61,019 nucleotides of DNA from the IMG/VR virus record IMGVR_UViG_3300029267_002506, positions 1-61,019 of that record; one strand, 5' to 3'. Below are positions 45,397 through 54,617 of the stretch, one piece after another (within the stretch, counting starts at the first letter, position 1; the number at the start of each line of letters is the position of its first letter). The notes under the pieces were generated by a model. The model was not told the DNA's origin, did not search any database, and saw only the letters and a program-made list of their open reading frames with translations. A program made the translations under genes and the position numbers. This DNA is from an uncultured virus (IMG/VR IMGVR_UViG_3300029267_002506) (Duplodnaviria > Heunggongvirae > Uroviricota > Caudoviricetes).

Positions 45397-45472
45397 GGGA
45401 CAAGGGAAGCAGGCCTAAGGACCAATCTGTCCCAATTAACCTGCTTCCCCAGGCGCTAATTGCCTTGTCCCC
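45397..45472 (-). promoter_or_regulatory. Structured leader upstream of queD
   Basis: Nested stems GGGACAAG/CTTGTCCC, GGAAGCAGG/CCTGCTTCC and GGAC/GTCC ending just before the AAGGAG RBS. Confidence 0.5.
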
Positions 45473-45481
45473 GGTGACCTG

Positions 45482-46054
45482 TTACTTCTCACCCCTTCGA
45501 ACACGAGCCTCGTGGAGGTACTTGTCGGCGCGCTTCTCGATCCAGTCAGCGTCAGCTTCAGGATCCTTGCCCTTCTCAACATACCTGTCCTTCAGCGCAT
45601 TCCTGATCTTCTTCTCCGATGCTCCCTCGTCAAGCATCTGGTCCACCAGAGTGTGGTTGGCAATGAAGGTGCCCTTCTCCTTCGGAGGTGCGCTGGGCTT
45701 CTTCTCCTTCGGAGGTGCAGTCGACTTCTCTGCAGCTTTCAAGCACTTCTTGGAGCAGTAGGCTCGCTCTGTTACTTCACTGACCTGCGCCTCCTCTTCG
45801 GCAATCTCCTTGCCACACGCAGCGCATGTCACCATGGCCTCCTCTTCCTCATCACAGGCCTCCTCTTCCTCATCGAAGGAGAACCCGAGGGTCTCGAGGT
45901 ACGTGACCTGCTCGTCGGTCAACATTACCTCGTCGGGAACGCCGTTCTCCTCAAGGAAGCTTTCGATTGCTTCCCCGGCCCTCGCTGCCGTGATCTTCTT
46001 TGGATAGCTGATCCCCAGCACATCCATCAGTTCGAGTACATCTGACTTCTTCAT
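45482..46054 (-). CDS. Acidic protein with a Zn-ribbon (TRASH-like) motif
   Basis: CAACGKEI...YCSKKC; APPKEK repeated twice. Confidence 0.55.
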   Translation of the reverse strand: MKKSDVLELMDVLGISYPKKITAARAGEAIESFLEENGVPDEVMLTDEQVTYLETLGFSFDEEEEACDEEEEAMVTCAACGKEIAEEEAQVSEVTERAYCSKKCLKAAEKSTAPPKEKKPSAPPKEKGTFIANHTLVDQMLDEGASEKKIRNALKDRYVEKGKDPEADADWIEKRADKYLHEARVRRGEK

Positions 46055-46157
46055 TTCTGCCTCCTTGCCTTTCCGGTTTCAGTTCTTCGGTCCCAGTGAC
46101 TTTATTCACCTATATTATCCTGATTGACTCCTAAAAGGACCGCCCTCAGGAAATTTT

Positions 46158-47567
46158 CTAACACGCACAACAAAAGGCCCTACCAAGCCGAAGGCATTGG
46201 CCTACATGCAAGCAGCGACGATTGTTGTATTCGCCCTCACGAAGGACAATCCAATTCAATCGCATGATGCCCTCCTCCTTCTCTTTGCTCGTCTGGTTCA
46301 ATCCCACCATACCTGTCACATGAGCCAGCTTCCGTTTGTCCTCAGAGAAGTTCGAGGCTTCAAGGAGCCCTTGTCCGTAGCTTGTTGCATCCGCCTGTGT
46401 AGGGGCTATGACCAGACAGTGCCTCTCCTGACTCAAACGACGCAATGCTTTCCATGTCGTGTTTACCTGATCCCTTGTCGTCATACTGAGGGACCCTGGT
46501 TCAGGTGCAAGGATATCAGGGTAGTCTATCAGGATTACGTCAGGAACGAAATCCCTGTGCGCTTCCCACTGGTCTAGGATGGCATGTATATCCTGAACAC
46601 AGACAGAGGAGTTAGCGTGGACAGATACCATGACGTGCGACACACCTGATCGGATCCCATTCGACCGCATAAACCTCCGAACTGCCTTCTTGCTAGCCTT
46701 AGGTCCGATAGCAACTTCATGCTTTTCAGTGATGCATTCTACCTCTGCGCCTGTGTCCGTCCTTCTGATCTTAGCAGGGACAGCAATCAGGCCAAGATGA
46801 CTTCGATACATTGGACGACCTGAAAGACGCACAGCCAGTCGCCTCATGATCTGTGACTCGCTCATATCGCCCACCTCGAACAAGGCAACCTTCCTCCTTT
46901 GCTTCGCTGCTCGATACACAAGCTCAACACACCACCAAGTCTTCCCGCGCTTCTCTGGAGCTAAGACAGCGATGAGCCCATCCCGACATAGCGCATTACC
47001 AAAAAACTCGTTTGCAGCCTTGTTGTCCCAAGTGATCAAAGGGTGTTGGGATTCTGCAAATGCCAAGTCCCAAATATCCTCATCGTTCAGTGGGTCTATC
47101 CCCATACTCATTTTCGTTGGAGTTGAGGAGAACTTTACTATAGCTTCAGTTGCTGAAGCAGTATCTCCTTCTGTTAGGTGGTACTCAAGTTCGTCCTTCA
47201 GTACCTCCATTCTCCTCCTGTCGAAGTGGGCTGCTGCTGTGTCAAGCAGATATGGTACGTTGATGTCTCCATCCTCATCATATCTCTTTGACAGAAGCGA
47301 CAGCACGGTGTGAAGTGACTCCTTCATCTCATCGCTGCCCTTGCCTTCATTGACCCATCCCTGGTAGATAGATTCAATGTTCGACCCTGGTGCCTCCCTA
47401 TACTGCTCGTAATACTCAAGACACCATTTGGATATGAGTTGCAAATGTCGAGCCTCAAACAGATCAGGATCTACTACAAGGAGAGATTGAGACAGGAATT
47501 CCTTGGAGACGACCATCGCTGTTGCAATCCTCTGTTCTGTGAATGTGTCAACCCTTCGACGCCTCAT
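46158..47567 (-). CDS. DnaB-like replicative helicase
   Basis: APEKRGKT, ILIDYPD, APTQA and SEDKRK motifs. Confidence 0.85.
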   Translation of the reverse strand: MRRRRVDTFTEQRIATAMVVSKEFLSQSLLVVDPDLFEARHLQLISKWCLEYYEQYREAPGSNIESIYQGWVNEGKGSDEMKESLHTVLSLLSKRYDEDGDINVPYLLDTAAAHFDRRRMEVLKDELEYHLTEGDTASATEAIVKFSSTPTKMSMGIDPLNDEDIWDLAFAESQHPLITWDNKAANEFFGNALCRDGLIAVLAPEKRGKTWWCVELVYRAAKQRRKVALFEVGDMSESQIMRRLAVRLSGRPMYRSHLGLIAVPAKIRRTDTGAEVECITEKHEVAIGPKASKKAVRRFMRSNGIRSGVSHVMVSVHANSSVCVQDIHAILDQWEAHRDFVPDVILIDYPDILAPEPGSLSMTTRDQVNTTWKALRRLSQERHCLVIAPTQADATSYGQGLLEASNFSEDKRKLAHVTGMVGLNQTSKEKEEGIMRLNWIVLREGEYNNRRCLHVGQCLRLGRAFCCAC

Positions 47568-48672
47568 CCATAATCCTCCTGATAATGTCATCTGGTCCAA
47601 TGTTTTCCCGCCTCATAACCAAGTGTAGATATCGCTTGAAGTTCTTCCCTCCTGGTGCAAATACCATCAGGTCCCCTCCCCAGTCAGACCAGGACGAGCT
47701 TTGCCAGTCGATCCACATAGCATAGCCAGGGAACAGGTTGAATCCCGTGAGCAGGTTATCCTTGTAGAAACAACAGTCCTTTTCCGTAACCTCCTTCCTG
47801 AGCAACTTCACTACCTTCTGTCGGAACTGGCGGATAGATCGGACAAGAGGTGGCAGGGTGTCGAAGTCGGTTGCAGCGTGTCCAATTTCATGGGACATCT
47901 CCTTCCGTCTCTTTTGTTCGAATTTGGTGAGACGGATCGGTTCCGTTTTCTTACTCTCCTCCTTGATCCGAAGCATAGATGTTTCTATCTCCCAGAACTT
48001 TCCGATGAATCCGCGAGCAGTAATTGCTTGTGGGATGTATTCAGGGAGGTATTTTCGGTAATACGGTTGGTTCTCCTTGTCGAATTGGGAGCTGTACCAG
48101 GACAGAACAGCCCTCATCCTTTTGAATGGGATAGAATTAGCATTAGCAAATCGTTTCAGCAGGTTTCCCCACTTCTTGAATGATGGGGTAGGATTCCTTT
48201 TTATGCTGGTGGCCTCATAAAACTCCTTAGCTATGATCTCCCACTCACTCTGCTTCGAGGCGGACGCCTCGCAAGCAATGTTATTAGTCTTATTAGTCTT
48301 TGTACTATATGCTAATCCTTGAGGATGAGGCTGGCTAATCCTTGAGGATGAGCATTCCTCATCTATCTTCACCGCTATTCTTGACCACGCCGTCCTTAAA
48401 AACCTCCTCCTCCCATCGCTTTTGGTTCGGATTAGGAGACCTAGTCCTTCGAGCTTTCGGATCATTACTGATGCTCGGTTTTCCTTCACCTGCAGGATAT
48501 TTGCCAGGTAGGCATTCGATGCGAAGCAATCCTGCCCACTATTCTCCACCATGGAATCTATTACCGAAAGCAGAACCACTTCCTTGCAGGTCACGACCCC
48601 TTCTTCCAATAAAGGGAAGAGTTCTGGTCGGACCCAACAGCCTCGGAAGAATCTTTTGTGCGTTTCACTCAT
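47548..48672 (-). CDS. Replication initiator-like protein with N-terminal winged HTH
   Basis: CFASNAYLANIL..RASVMIRKLEGLGLL; internal direct repeats; lies between primase and helicase. Confidence 0.65.
   Translation of the reverse strand: MSETHKRFFRGCWVRPELFPLLEEGVVTCKEVVLLSVIDSMVENSGQDCFASNAYLANILQVKENRASVMIRKLEGLGLLIRTKSDGRRRFLRTAWSRIAVKIDEECSSSRISQPHPQGLAYSTKTNKTNNIACEASASKQSEWEIIAKEFYEATSIKRNPTPSFKKWGNLLKRFANANSIPFKRMRAVLSWYSSQFDKENQPYYRKYLPEYIPQAITARGFIGKFWEIETSMLRIKEESKKTEPIRLTKFEQKRRKEMSHEIGHAATDFDTLPPLVRSIRQFRQKVVKLLRKEVTEKDCCFYKDNLLTGFNLFPGYAMWIDWQSSSWSDWGGDLMVFAPGGKNFKRYLHLVMRRENIGPDDIIRRIMDEASKG
48256..48365. repeat. Iteron-like repeats, putative replication origin
   Basis: GCTAATCCTTGAGGATGAG at 48311 and 48334; TTATTAGTC twice from 48281; hairpin CGAGGC/GCCTCG. 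Confidence 0.55.
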
Positions 48673-49577
48673 AGATCAAGTTCCTCCATGATCTGGTCCG
48701 CCTCCTCTTGTGTCATGTCTCCAGGATCGCAGTCTATCCCAGTTATGATCTCGGTCCATCCTGGCATTGCTGCGAGCCAGCTTGCTAACCGATTAGCTTG
48801 TCGCTGTTCTACTACTCCAGGATCGAACATGATAAATCGTCGAGGGAAGGCACTGAGGATGTGAGCTTGCTCCTCTTTCCAGTCGATCCCCAGGAGAGCA
48901 ACAGCTCCAGGCCCCATTCTCCATACGTCCCCTGGACCTTCAACGATGAGCACCCCTTGGTTCGGTCGTAGTTTCTCGATCCCGTACAGCAGCCTACGAG
49001 GGTCTTCCTTCATTGCTGAATTAGTAGTGGTTCTCCATCGAGGTTTTACTTCTGGAGACACAGCACGCCCTGTGTAGGCTACTGTAGTTCCGACCGCATT
49101 CTTGATAGGGGCGATGACTCGCCAGTTCCATTCGGCTGATAGGTGCTTTGTTCCTAGCAGAGACCAGGTCTTCTCGAGGGCCTTGGCGTTGTACCCTCTG
49201 TTACGTAGATATTGTTTATGAATCTGAGATATAGGACCAGCACCAGGAACGGGCCTTATTTGCCCTGTACGGGTTTCGGTTTTGGTAGGTAGATTGTGTA
49301 CCCTCGGGGGGCGGAGATCGTATTTATCGAGGGTTGTAGGGATGGTATGGTGGAGGTGAGCTGGTAACACCTCCCTGAGCCAGTTCCTCACAGAGTGCTT
49401 ACCGCATCTCCAGCAGTTCATCGCCCCTGATTCGACTGAGAACCCGAGGTGCCATCCATACGTCCCATCAGTGCAGAATGGACAGTGGGTCTGAACCCAT
49501 CCCTCGTGGCAGTGGTGGTGCCCTTCCTCGAGGTGAGGTAGTCCCATCTCTTCGCATAGCCTGGTGAAATCAATCAT
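48669..49577 (-). CDS. DNA primase (Zn finger plus TOPRIM)
   Basis: CPFC..H..CWRCG, YLRNRG, YTGRA, IVEGPGD and MFD motifs. Confidence 0.85.
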   Translation of the reverse strand: MIDFTRLCEEMGLPHLEEGHHHCHEGWVQTHCPFCTDGTYGWHLGFSVESGAMNCWRCGKHSVRNWLREVLPAHLHHTIPTTLDKYDLRPPRVHNLPTKTETRTGQIRPVPGAGPISQIHKQYLRNRGYNAKALEKTWSLLGTKHLSAEWNWRVIAPIKNAVGTTVAYTGRAVSPEVKPRWRTTTNSAMKEDPRRLLYGIEKLRPNQGVLIVEGPGDVWRMGPGAVALLGIDWKEEQAHILSAFPRRFIMFDPGVVEQRQANRLASWLAAMPGWTEIITGIDCDPGDMTQEEADQIMEELDL

Positions 49578-49749
49578 CGACGTATTGCTCCAGCATACGG
49601 ATGATAACTTCACGCATGGAAACGCCCTGGAGGAAACACCTGGTTTTGAATCGTTTCTTGAGGTCCTCTGGTATGTCCCAGATCAGTAGTGTCTTCGTCC
49701 TCGGTTTCAGCCTTTCTTCGTACGTCGTCTCCTTTGTCTGTTCCTCCAA
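49570..49749 (-). CDS. Ribbon-helix-helix DNA-binding protein (59 aa, not in ORF track)
   Basis: Translated by hand: ...TLLIWDIPEDLKKRFKTRCFLQGVSMREVIIRMLEQYV; TTG start after GGAGAGG. Confidence 0.65.
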   Translation of the reverse strand: MEEQTKETTYEERLKPRTKTLLIWDIPEDLKKRFKTRCFLQGVSMREVIIRMLEQYVDD

Positions 49750-51144
49750 TTACCTCTCCTTCCTGTTCATTTGCTGTACGAGTTCTGTCAACGTGATGCT
49801 TCTTCTCATACTTTGCTTCACCGTCTCTCCATCAAGCACTCTGGCTAAGACCTGCCGCTTCTGTTCAATCAAAGCCCAGATGTGCTCGTCGATTGAATTA
49901 CGAGCGAGCAGGTAATAGGCTGTGATGGCCTCAGCTTCTTGCCCTATCCTGTTCACTCTGTCCTCAGCCTGGTCGTGAACTGCAGGCGTCCAAGCCATCT
50001 CGAGGAAGAGAACAGTAGATGCAGCAGTAAGAGTTATTGCCTCCCTGTCTGCCTTCAAGCTGCCGATGAAGAGTCGTATTCTATTATCCTTTTGGAACTT
50101 AGCTACCTGAATCTTCCTCTCCCTACCACCTTTCCCTCCTATTGCACTTACCTTAGCGAAGTGCTTTGTCAGCAGATTGAATATGATGCGATGATGGCAA
50201 AAGACGACGAGCTTCTGGTCCGTTGAGGACAGGAACTCTTCGATCCATTGGATGCCTGTCTTTGCTTTACCTACCGCAGCAAGCTTTTTGAGCTGTCCTA
50301 TACGAACAAAGCCTACAGCACCTTCTGCCTTTTTTGCTCTGTCCTTCCCCACCTCTTTTTCATACCAGGTCAGGAAGTCATCTCTTGCGTGAAGGTAATC
50401 GTTCATGTTGTCAAGATCTACCAGGATGGGAACCCGTTGTTTAGGAGGCAGTTCTGTCAGCACCTCCGTTTTCATTCTCCGCAGCATGAAGGAGGAGACT
50501 CTCTTGTGTAACTCCTCCGTGTTTGTTGCCCCGTCGAACGTCCATCCCCTTCCCTTGAATCCTCGCTTAGGGTTACAGTACCTGAAAGCATACTTCCAAA
50601 AGGAGGAGAACTCCTTTGGATAGAGCATGTTGAGTACAGGGAAGAATTCAGAGGGTCGGTTGAGGATAGGGGTTCCAGACATTGCGATGATATGGGGAAC
50701 AGCTTTGGCAAGTTTCTTGCAGGACTGCGTTCGTTTCGCTTGCCTGTTTTTGACATAGTGACACTCGTCCAATGCAAGTACCTTTGGTCTGAGTTCTGTG
50801 AGAGTCTCTTCCCAGTAGGACAGGATATCGTAGTTCACAATGATTATGTCCTCGTATACCTCCTGCGGTGTCTTTCCTGACAGCACTTGGCATCGCATCT
50901 GTCGGGTATGTTGTTGAATCTGTCGTTCCCATTCATACTTCGCGTTCGCAGGGCAGGCAATTACAACGGGTCTTGCTTCCGGATGTAGTGCTAGCCAGCC
51001 CAGAACCTGGATCGTTTTACCCAATCCCATGTCATCACCCAGTAGAGCTCTCCCATTCGTCTTCTCCAAGAACCAAATACCCTTTGCCTGGAAACGTCGA
51101 GGCTTGGTTCGTAGGACTTTTCTCAGTCTGGTTTTTAGAGGCAT
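49750..51144 (-). CDS. SNF2-family helicase
   Basis: DDMGLGKT, DECH, MSGTP, MLRR and QAEDRVNRIGQ motifs. Confidence 0.92.
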   Translation of the reverse strand: MPLKTRLRKVLRTKPRRFQAKGIWFLEKTNGRALLGDDMGLGKTIQVLGWLALHPEARPVVIACPANAKYEWERQIQQHTRQMRCQVLSGKTPQEVYEDIIIVNYDILSYWEETLTELRPKVLALDECHYVKNRQAKRTQSCKKLAKAVPHIIAMSGTPILNRPSEFFPVLNMLYPKEFSSFWKYAFRYCNPKRGFKGRGWTFDGATNTEELHKRVSSFMLRRMKTEVLTELPPKQRVPILVDLDNMNDYLHARDDFLTWYEKEVGKDRAKKAEGAVGFVRIGQLKKLAAVGKAKTGIQWIEEFLSSTDQKLVVFCHHRIIFNLLTKHFAKVSAIGGKGGRERKIQVAKFQKDNRIRLFIGSLKADREAITLTAASTVLFLEMAWTPAVHDQAEDRVNRIGQEAEAITAYYLLARNSIDEHIWALIEQKRQVLARVLDGETVKQSMRRSITLTELVQQMNRKER

Positions 51145-51199
51145 TGCTTCTTCTTCAGACTCTGTGATCGTCAAGGGATCATGCGATCTAGCATACTGT

Positions 51200-51397
51200 T
51201 CACGTTTTGGAGCTGACGAGTAGCTCCATCTTTCCCTCCAACCTTTTGATGTGTTCTTTTGCCCACTTATCGTTGGCCAGTAGTGTCCTGATTTGATTTT
51301 CCAGAGCCTCCACCTGCGCGGCTAGGAGGAGAGTAACATTGTCGGATGCGGCTGCTGCTGTTTTGTTCCTTGCTCTGATGATGTCTGTGAGTGCCAT
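51200..51397 (-). CDS. Hypothetical coiled-coil protein
   Basis: AGGAG RBS; ORF track. Confidence 0.5.
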   Translation of the reverse strand: MALTDIIRARNKTAAAASDNVTLLLAAQVEALENQIRTLLANDKWAKEHIKRLEGKMELLVSSKT

Positions 51398-51520
51398 TTT
51401 GGTTCTCCTGTTTTGGTTTCATTAGTTGAAGTAATTATGGACGCATCGTTCACTCCTCTCCTTTGTATATCAAGACGGCGTCACATTCTTCGCACCACAC
51501 TAGTGACCTCTTGAATTTTC

Positions 51521-51757
51521 TCAACCTCCATATGAGCAAGGCCATTTGAAATCGTTCTCTTGGTCTGTTTCAGATTTGATTTCCCAAAATGTTAGCAGGG
51601 CAGTTGGTGTAAAGTAGCTTCGTGAATAGATCTTAGGCTTCGACAGGAACCATGCTACGGGGTCTTCTGTCTCTACTATAAGTGATGTTGTTTCACGCGA
51701 TGGTTTACAATAGTCTAGCCATCCCATAACAGTTACCAAAAATTTCTTCTTCCCCAT
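51521..51757 (-). CDS. Hypothetical protein
   Basis: Start MGKKKF after GAGGAGTGAAACG. Confidence 0.5.
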   Translation of the reverse strand: MGKKKFLVTVMGWLDYCKPSRETTSLIVETEDPVAWFLSKPKIYSRSYFTPTALLTFWEIKSETDQENDFKWPCSYGG

Positions 51758-51761
51758 CGTT

Positions 51762-52022
51762 TCACTCCTCTCCTTTGTATTCGGATCCTTCAGGACAATT
51801 CTCCCAACCGAAACATTGGTACTCAGGATCATCGTCATCTACCCAACAACGTCCTTTGAGGAAGGTAGAGCAACGGAGATCCCCGTATGGAAACCGTCCG
51901 TTCTCATTCTTCCCTTTGGCTAATTCTGCCAATACCTTCTGTTCTAGGACCTTGAAGGCAGGCAGGTTTTGAAAGTTTGGACTCTGTGATTTGAAGTGAT
52001 GTGATGTGATTGTTGGTTTCAT
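51762..52022 (-). CDS. Hypothetical Cys-containing protein
   Basis: Start after AAGGAGTGAACG. Confidence 0.5.
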   Translation of the reverse strand: MKPTITSHHFKSQSPNFQNLPAFKVLEQKVLAELAKGKNENGRFPYGDLRCSTFLKGRCWVDDDDPEYQCFGWENCPEGSEYKGEE

Positions 52023-52051
52023 CGTTCACTCCTTTCCTTCCCCTTTCTTTA

Positions 52052-52126
52052 TGCCCTGCCCGGGAGTCGAACCCAGGACGCCGTTCCTGCCTATCAGGCG
52101 GATGAGATAAGGTTACGGCTCAGGGC
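52052..52126 (-). ncRNA. tRNA-like element (degenerate tRNA-Ile GAU?)
   Basis: Acceptor GCCCTG/CAGGGC, T-arm CTGGG-TTCGACT-CCCGG, anticodon-like loop CTGATAG; no canonical D-arm and no CCA. Confidence 0.55.
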
Positions 52127-52219
52127 TAGGAGGGCTTTCCCCTCCCAGGTGCATTGTGGCACCTCCTTGGTTTGTCGTTTGGTGTAGATGTCCTACACGG
52201 ATCTACACTCTATTATCCT

Positions 52220-52756
52220 TCACAGGCTAGCTGACACCTCTTCCCAGGCCAGGTTGAGCCTATCAGTATCCCATCCCTGCTTCTTCATGTAGGAGCGAAG
52301 TGCTCTCCTACTTGTCTTTGGTGCTTGTGGCCTGAGGATATCCACCAATTCCGCCGGGGCTTCTATACACGCATTGACTAGCACTCTTGCATCTTCCCCG
52401 AGGTCCCTCATGAAAGAGGACAGCCATGATTCCTCCGCGGGATGGTGGAACACGGGATCGGACAGGTCTGTTGGGATTTCCCTATGTGTCTTTGGACTCA
52501 TGCAATGTGACTTCATCCCGCGCCAGGCTCTGTTGTACACCTCAGTGGATAGGGCAGACTTCTCAGGGTCGTAATCTCGAAGCCTGTGGATTACCCAGTA
52601 CCAGCCTATGGAGACCAGCTCATCGAAGTCTTCTATAGGATGTGTGTTCTTCATGCTGTGCGCAATCTTGTAGACCATGTCCTGGTACTGTTCTACCAAG
52701 CTTCCGTCCTGTATCATCTCTTGAACCTCTGCATTCGTCGGTCTGCTCTTCTTCAT
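52220..52756 (-). CDS. Sigma-70 region 2-like transcription factor
   Basis: LVEQYQDMVYKIA..DFDELVSIG..RDYDPEKSALSTEVY matches region 2. Confidence 0.65.
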   Translation of the reverse strand: MKKSRPTNAEVQEMIQDGSLVEQYQDMVYKIAHSMKNTHPIEDFDELVSIGWYWVIHRLRDYDPEKSALSTEVYNRAWRGMKSHCMSPKTHREIPTDLSDPVFHHPAEESWLSSFMRDLGEDARVLVNACIEAPAELVDILRPQAPKTSRRALRSYMKKQGWDTDRLNLAWEEVSASL

Positions 52757-52785
52757 GATTAACTCCTTTCCTAAGACTTGGCAGG

Positions 52786-53520
52786 TTAATTGTTGGAGGG
52801 ATAGGGAGATCCCAACAGGATCTCTCGGAAGCGGTTTATCCCTTTTATCTGTCTGTGTGCTGGGCTCTTTTGTATTACGAAGGTGAAGGCATTATACAAC
52901 CCCCACGCCGTCCTTTCGTCATGATCACGGAATGTCGGCTTGTGGTACTCTTTGTCTACTGCTCCTATCCTCGACCAGGTCATTAACCCTTCCCTACCAG
53001 CCTGCATGAGATGATGGTCTACCTGGTCTCTCTCTAGTCCTTTCCCTTTCATCTCTTTAGCCACGATAGGAATCTCGGCAATACGGTTTAGGTATGTGTC
53101 GATGCCCCTGCCGATCACTTCTGGAAGGTCTACATTCAGGGTGTGCCTTTTCTTTATTGCATAGTCACCTACGACCATCCCATTTGAACAAATAAACACC
53201 TCAGCACCCACAGCGAATTTGAGCGAATGATCTCCTAGGTTGCTGTGCTGCACCCCTAGGTTGAAGGCAGTTCCTTCCATCGGCTCGACGTTTGGGATGA
53301 GGAGCTGCATCCGACCGTTCAGACGCCCTAGGTTTGGACCGCTTGGGTACCAGCCCTCCTGAACGATTTGGATACCATGAGCAGAGAGCCCGTTGTGGAT
53401 AGTTTCTACTAGCTCTCCATGTTGGATTCCCTTCCAGCGGTTTCCGAGGTATTCTTCCTTAATCACAGGGATGCCCTTCAGATCTTCGACATTCCAGCTT
53501 CTCTCTTTTGTTGTGATCAT
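52786..53520 (-). CDS. DUF932/DUF945-like protein
   Basis: FICSNGMV, KRHT and TAWGLYNAFT motifs. Confidence 0.7.
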   Translation of the reverse strand: MITTKERSWNVEDLKGIPVIKEEYLGNRWKGIQHGELVETIHNGLSAHGIQIVQEGWYPSGPNLGRLNGRMQLLIPNVEPMEGTAFNLGVQHSNLGDHSLKFAVGAEVFICSNGMVVGDYAIKKRHTLNVDLPEVIGRGIDTYLNRIAEIPIVAKEMKGKGLERDQVDHHLMQAGREGLMTWSRIGAVDKEYHKPTFRDHDERTAWGLYNAFTFVIQKSPAHRQIKGINRFREILLGSPYPSNN

Positions 53521-53548
53521 GATTTCTCCTTTGCAAGGTTCTTCGTTC

Positions 53549-54016
53549 TTAGTTACGTCCTCCAGCCCATGCCTCGAGGAACACGAAGTGGACTTGTTTG
53601 TTCAGCCAGACCAGGAACGTTTCCAGACGACCATCGCTTAGCCAAAGGACGCCCTTTATGTGGTCCCCTCGTACGCCTACATCTCCTTCCTCATCTACCT
53701 CGACCTCTGTCCACTTCCCGTTCCCGTACTCCTTCAGAAAGCCCTCCAGGTCGTGGGACTTCTGTTTCTTCACCTCCTCCTGGATAGTCAGGATGATCTC
53801 TTGTGGTGTTTTGTTCATAGCCTCTGCTCTGGTCATGTCCACCTCCCATGTTTCGTCCGCTCCTTTGTACACCCTCACGCCCATTGGCGCATCGTCAAAC
53901 TGTTCAATGTAGGCGGCGAGGTGGTGATCTGCCTCTGCTCTTGCTTCCCGTGATCTGGTGTTGTGCCATTTGGCAAGCGCCTCGGCATAATTCTTGGTTA
54001 GGATAAATTTATTCAT
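53549..54016 (-). CDS. Hypothetical protein
   Basis: ORF with GGAG RBS in the early-gene array. Confidence 0.5.
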   Translation of the reverse strand: MNKFILTKNYAEALAKWHNTRSREARAEADHHLAAYIEQFDDAPMGVRVYKGADETWEVDMTRAEAMNKTPQEIILTIQEEVKKQKSHDLEGFLKEYGNGKWTEVEVDEEGDVGVRGDHIKGVLWLSDGRLETFLVWLNKQVHFVFLEAWAGGRN

Positions 54017-54272
54017 AGTGTCTCCCCATTGTTTGTTCTACTATATGTTTCCATTTGCTAACCATTGCTTCTGCGTCCTCCTTAAAATCGGACCAAAAAA
54101 GACTATAGGTAGCATATTCAATTAAGAGGTCATCTCCTAATTTTCCTAACACCCACCAAGTATCGATGTCTTCTTCATCGAAGGCGTCCGTAGTGGCGCT
54201 GAATACCATTTCGATGAGGTTCTTAATTTGGATAAGGGTTTCTTTTTTTGTCATATGTTTCTCCTTCCCCAT
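54009..54272 (-). CDS. Hypothetical protein
   Basis: AT-richer ORF; true start may be MTKKE. Confidence 0.5.
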   Translation of the reverse strand: MGKEKHMTKKETLIQIKNLIEMVFSATTDAFDEEDIDTWWVLGKLGDDLLIEYATYSLFWSDFKEDAEAMVSKWKHIVEQTMGRHYE

Positions 54273-54287
54273 ATTACATTAGTCAAC

Positions 54288-54608
54288 CTATTCTCCTCTC
54301 AATCGTTTTACATCTTCTACCGCGTCTGCTAGCTCCTGTACTTTTTGAGCGGAAACCAGCACAATGCACCAGGGAGGGACAACACTCCCCGTTGCAAAAT
54401 CACCAATAACCTCTGCGGCCTCAATCAATCTGTCTAATGCTTTAGACCATTCAATTAGGCGGTTGGCAGTTTGATGTTCTATTTGATTGAAATCCATTTT
54501 GACAGGAGGGGTGGTTTGGGTTGTAGTCCGTAACCCCCACTGGCAATCAAGACAAATTCCAATAGTGCTGAGTTTCGCATTGCATTTAGGACAACGGTCT
54601 TCCATCAT
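54288..54608 (-). CDS. Zn-ribbon protein, paralog of 26770-26991
   Basis: CPKC..CLDC plus the shared LIEWSKALDRLI and VKRLRGE* segments. Confidence 0.6.
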   Translation of the reverse strand: MMEDRCPKCNAKLSTIGICLDCQWGLRTTTQTTPPVKMDFNQIEHQTANRLIEWSKALDRLIEAAEVIGDFATGSVVPPWCIVLVSAQKVQELADAVEDVKRLRGE

Positions 54609-54617
54609 CCCACCTCC

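Noticed and set aside
45373-45480. Canonical preQ1 riboswitch before queD
   Set aside because: No class I stem-loop with an A-rich tail; kept only as an unassigned structured leader.
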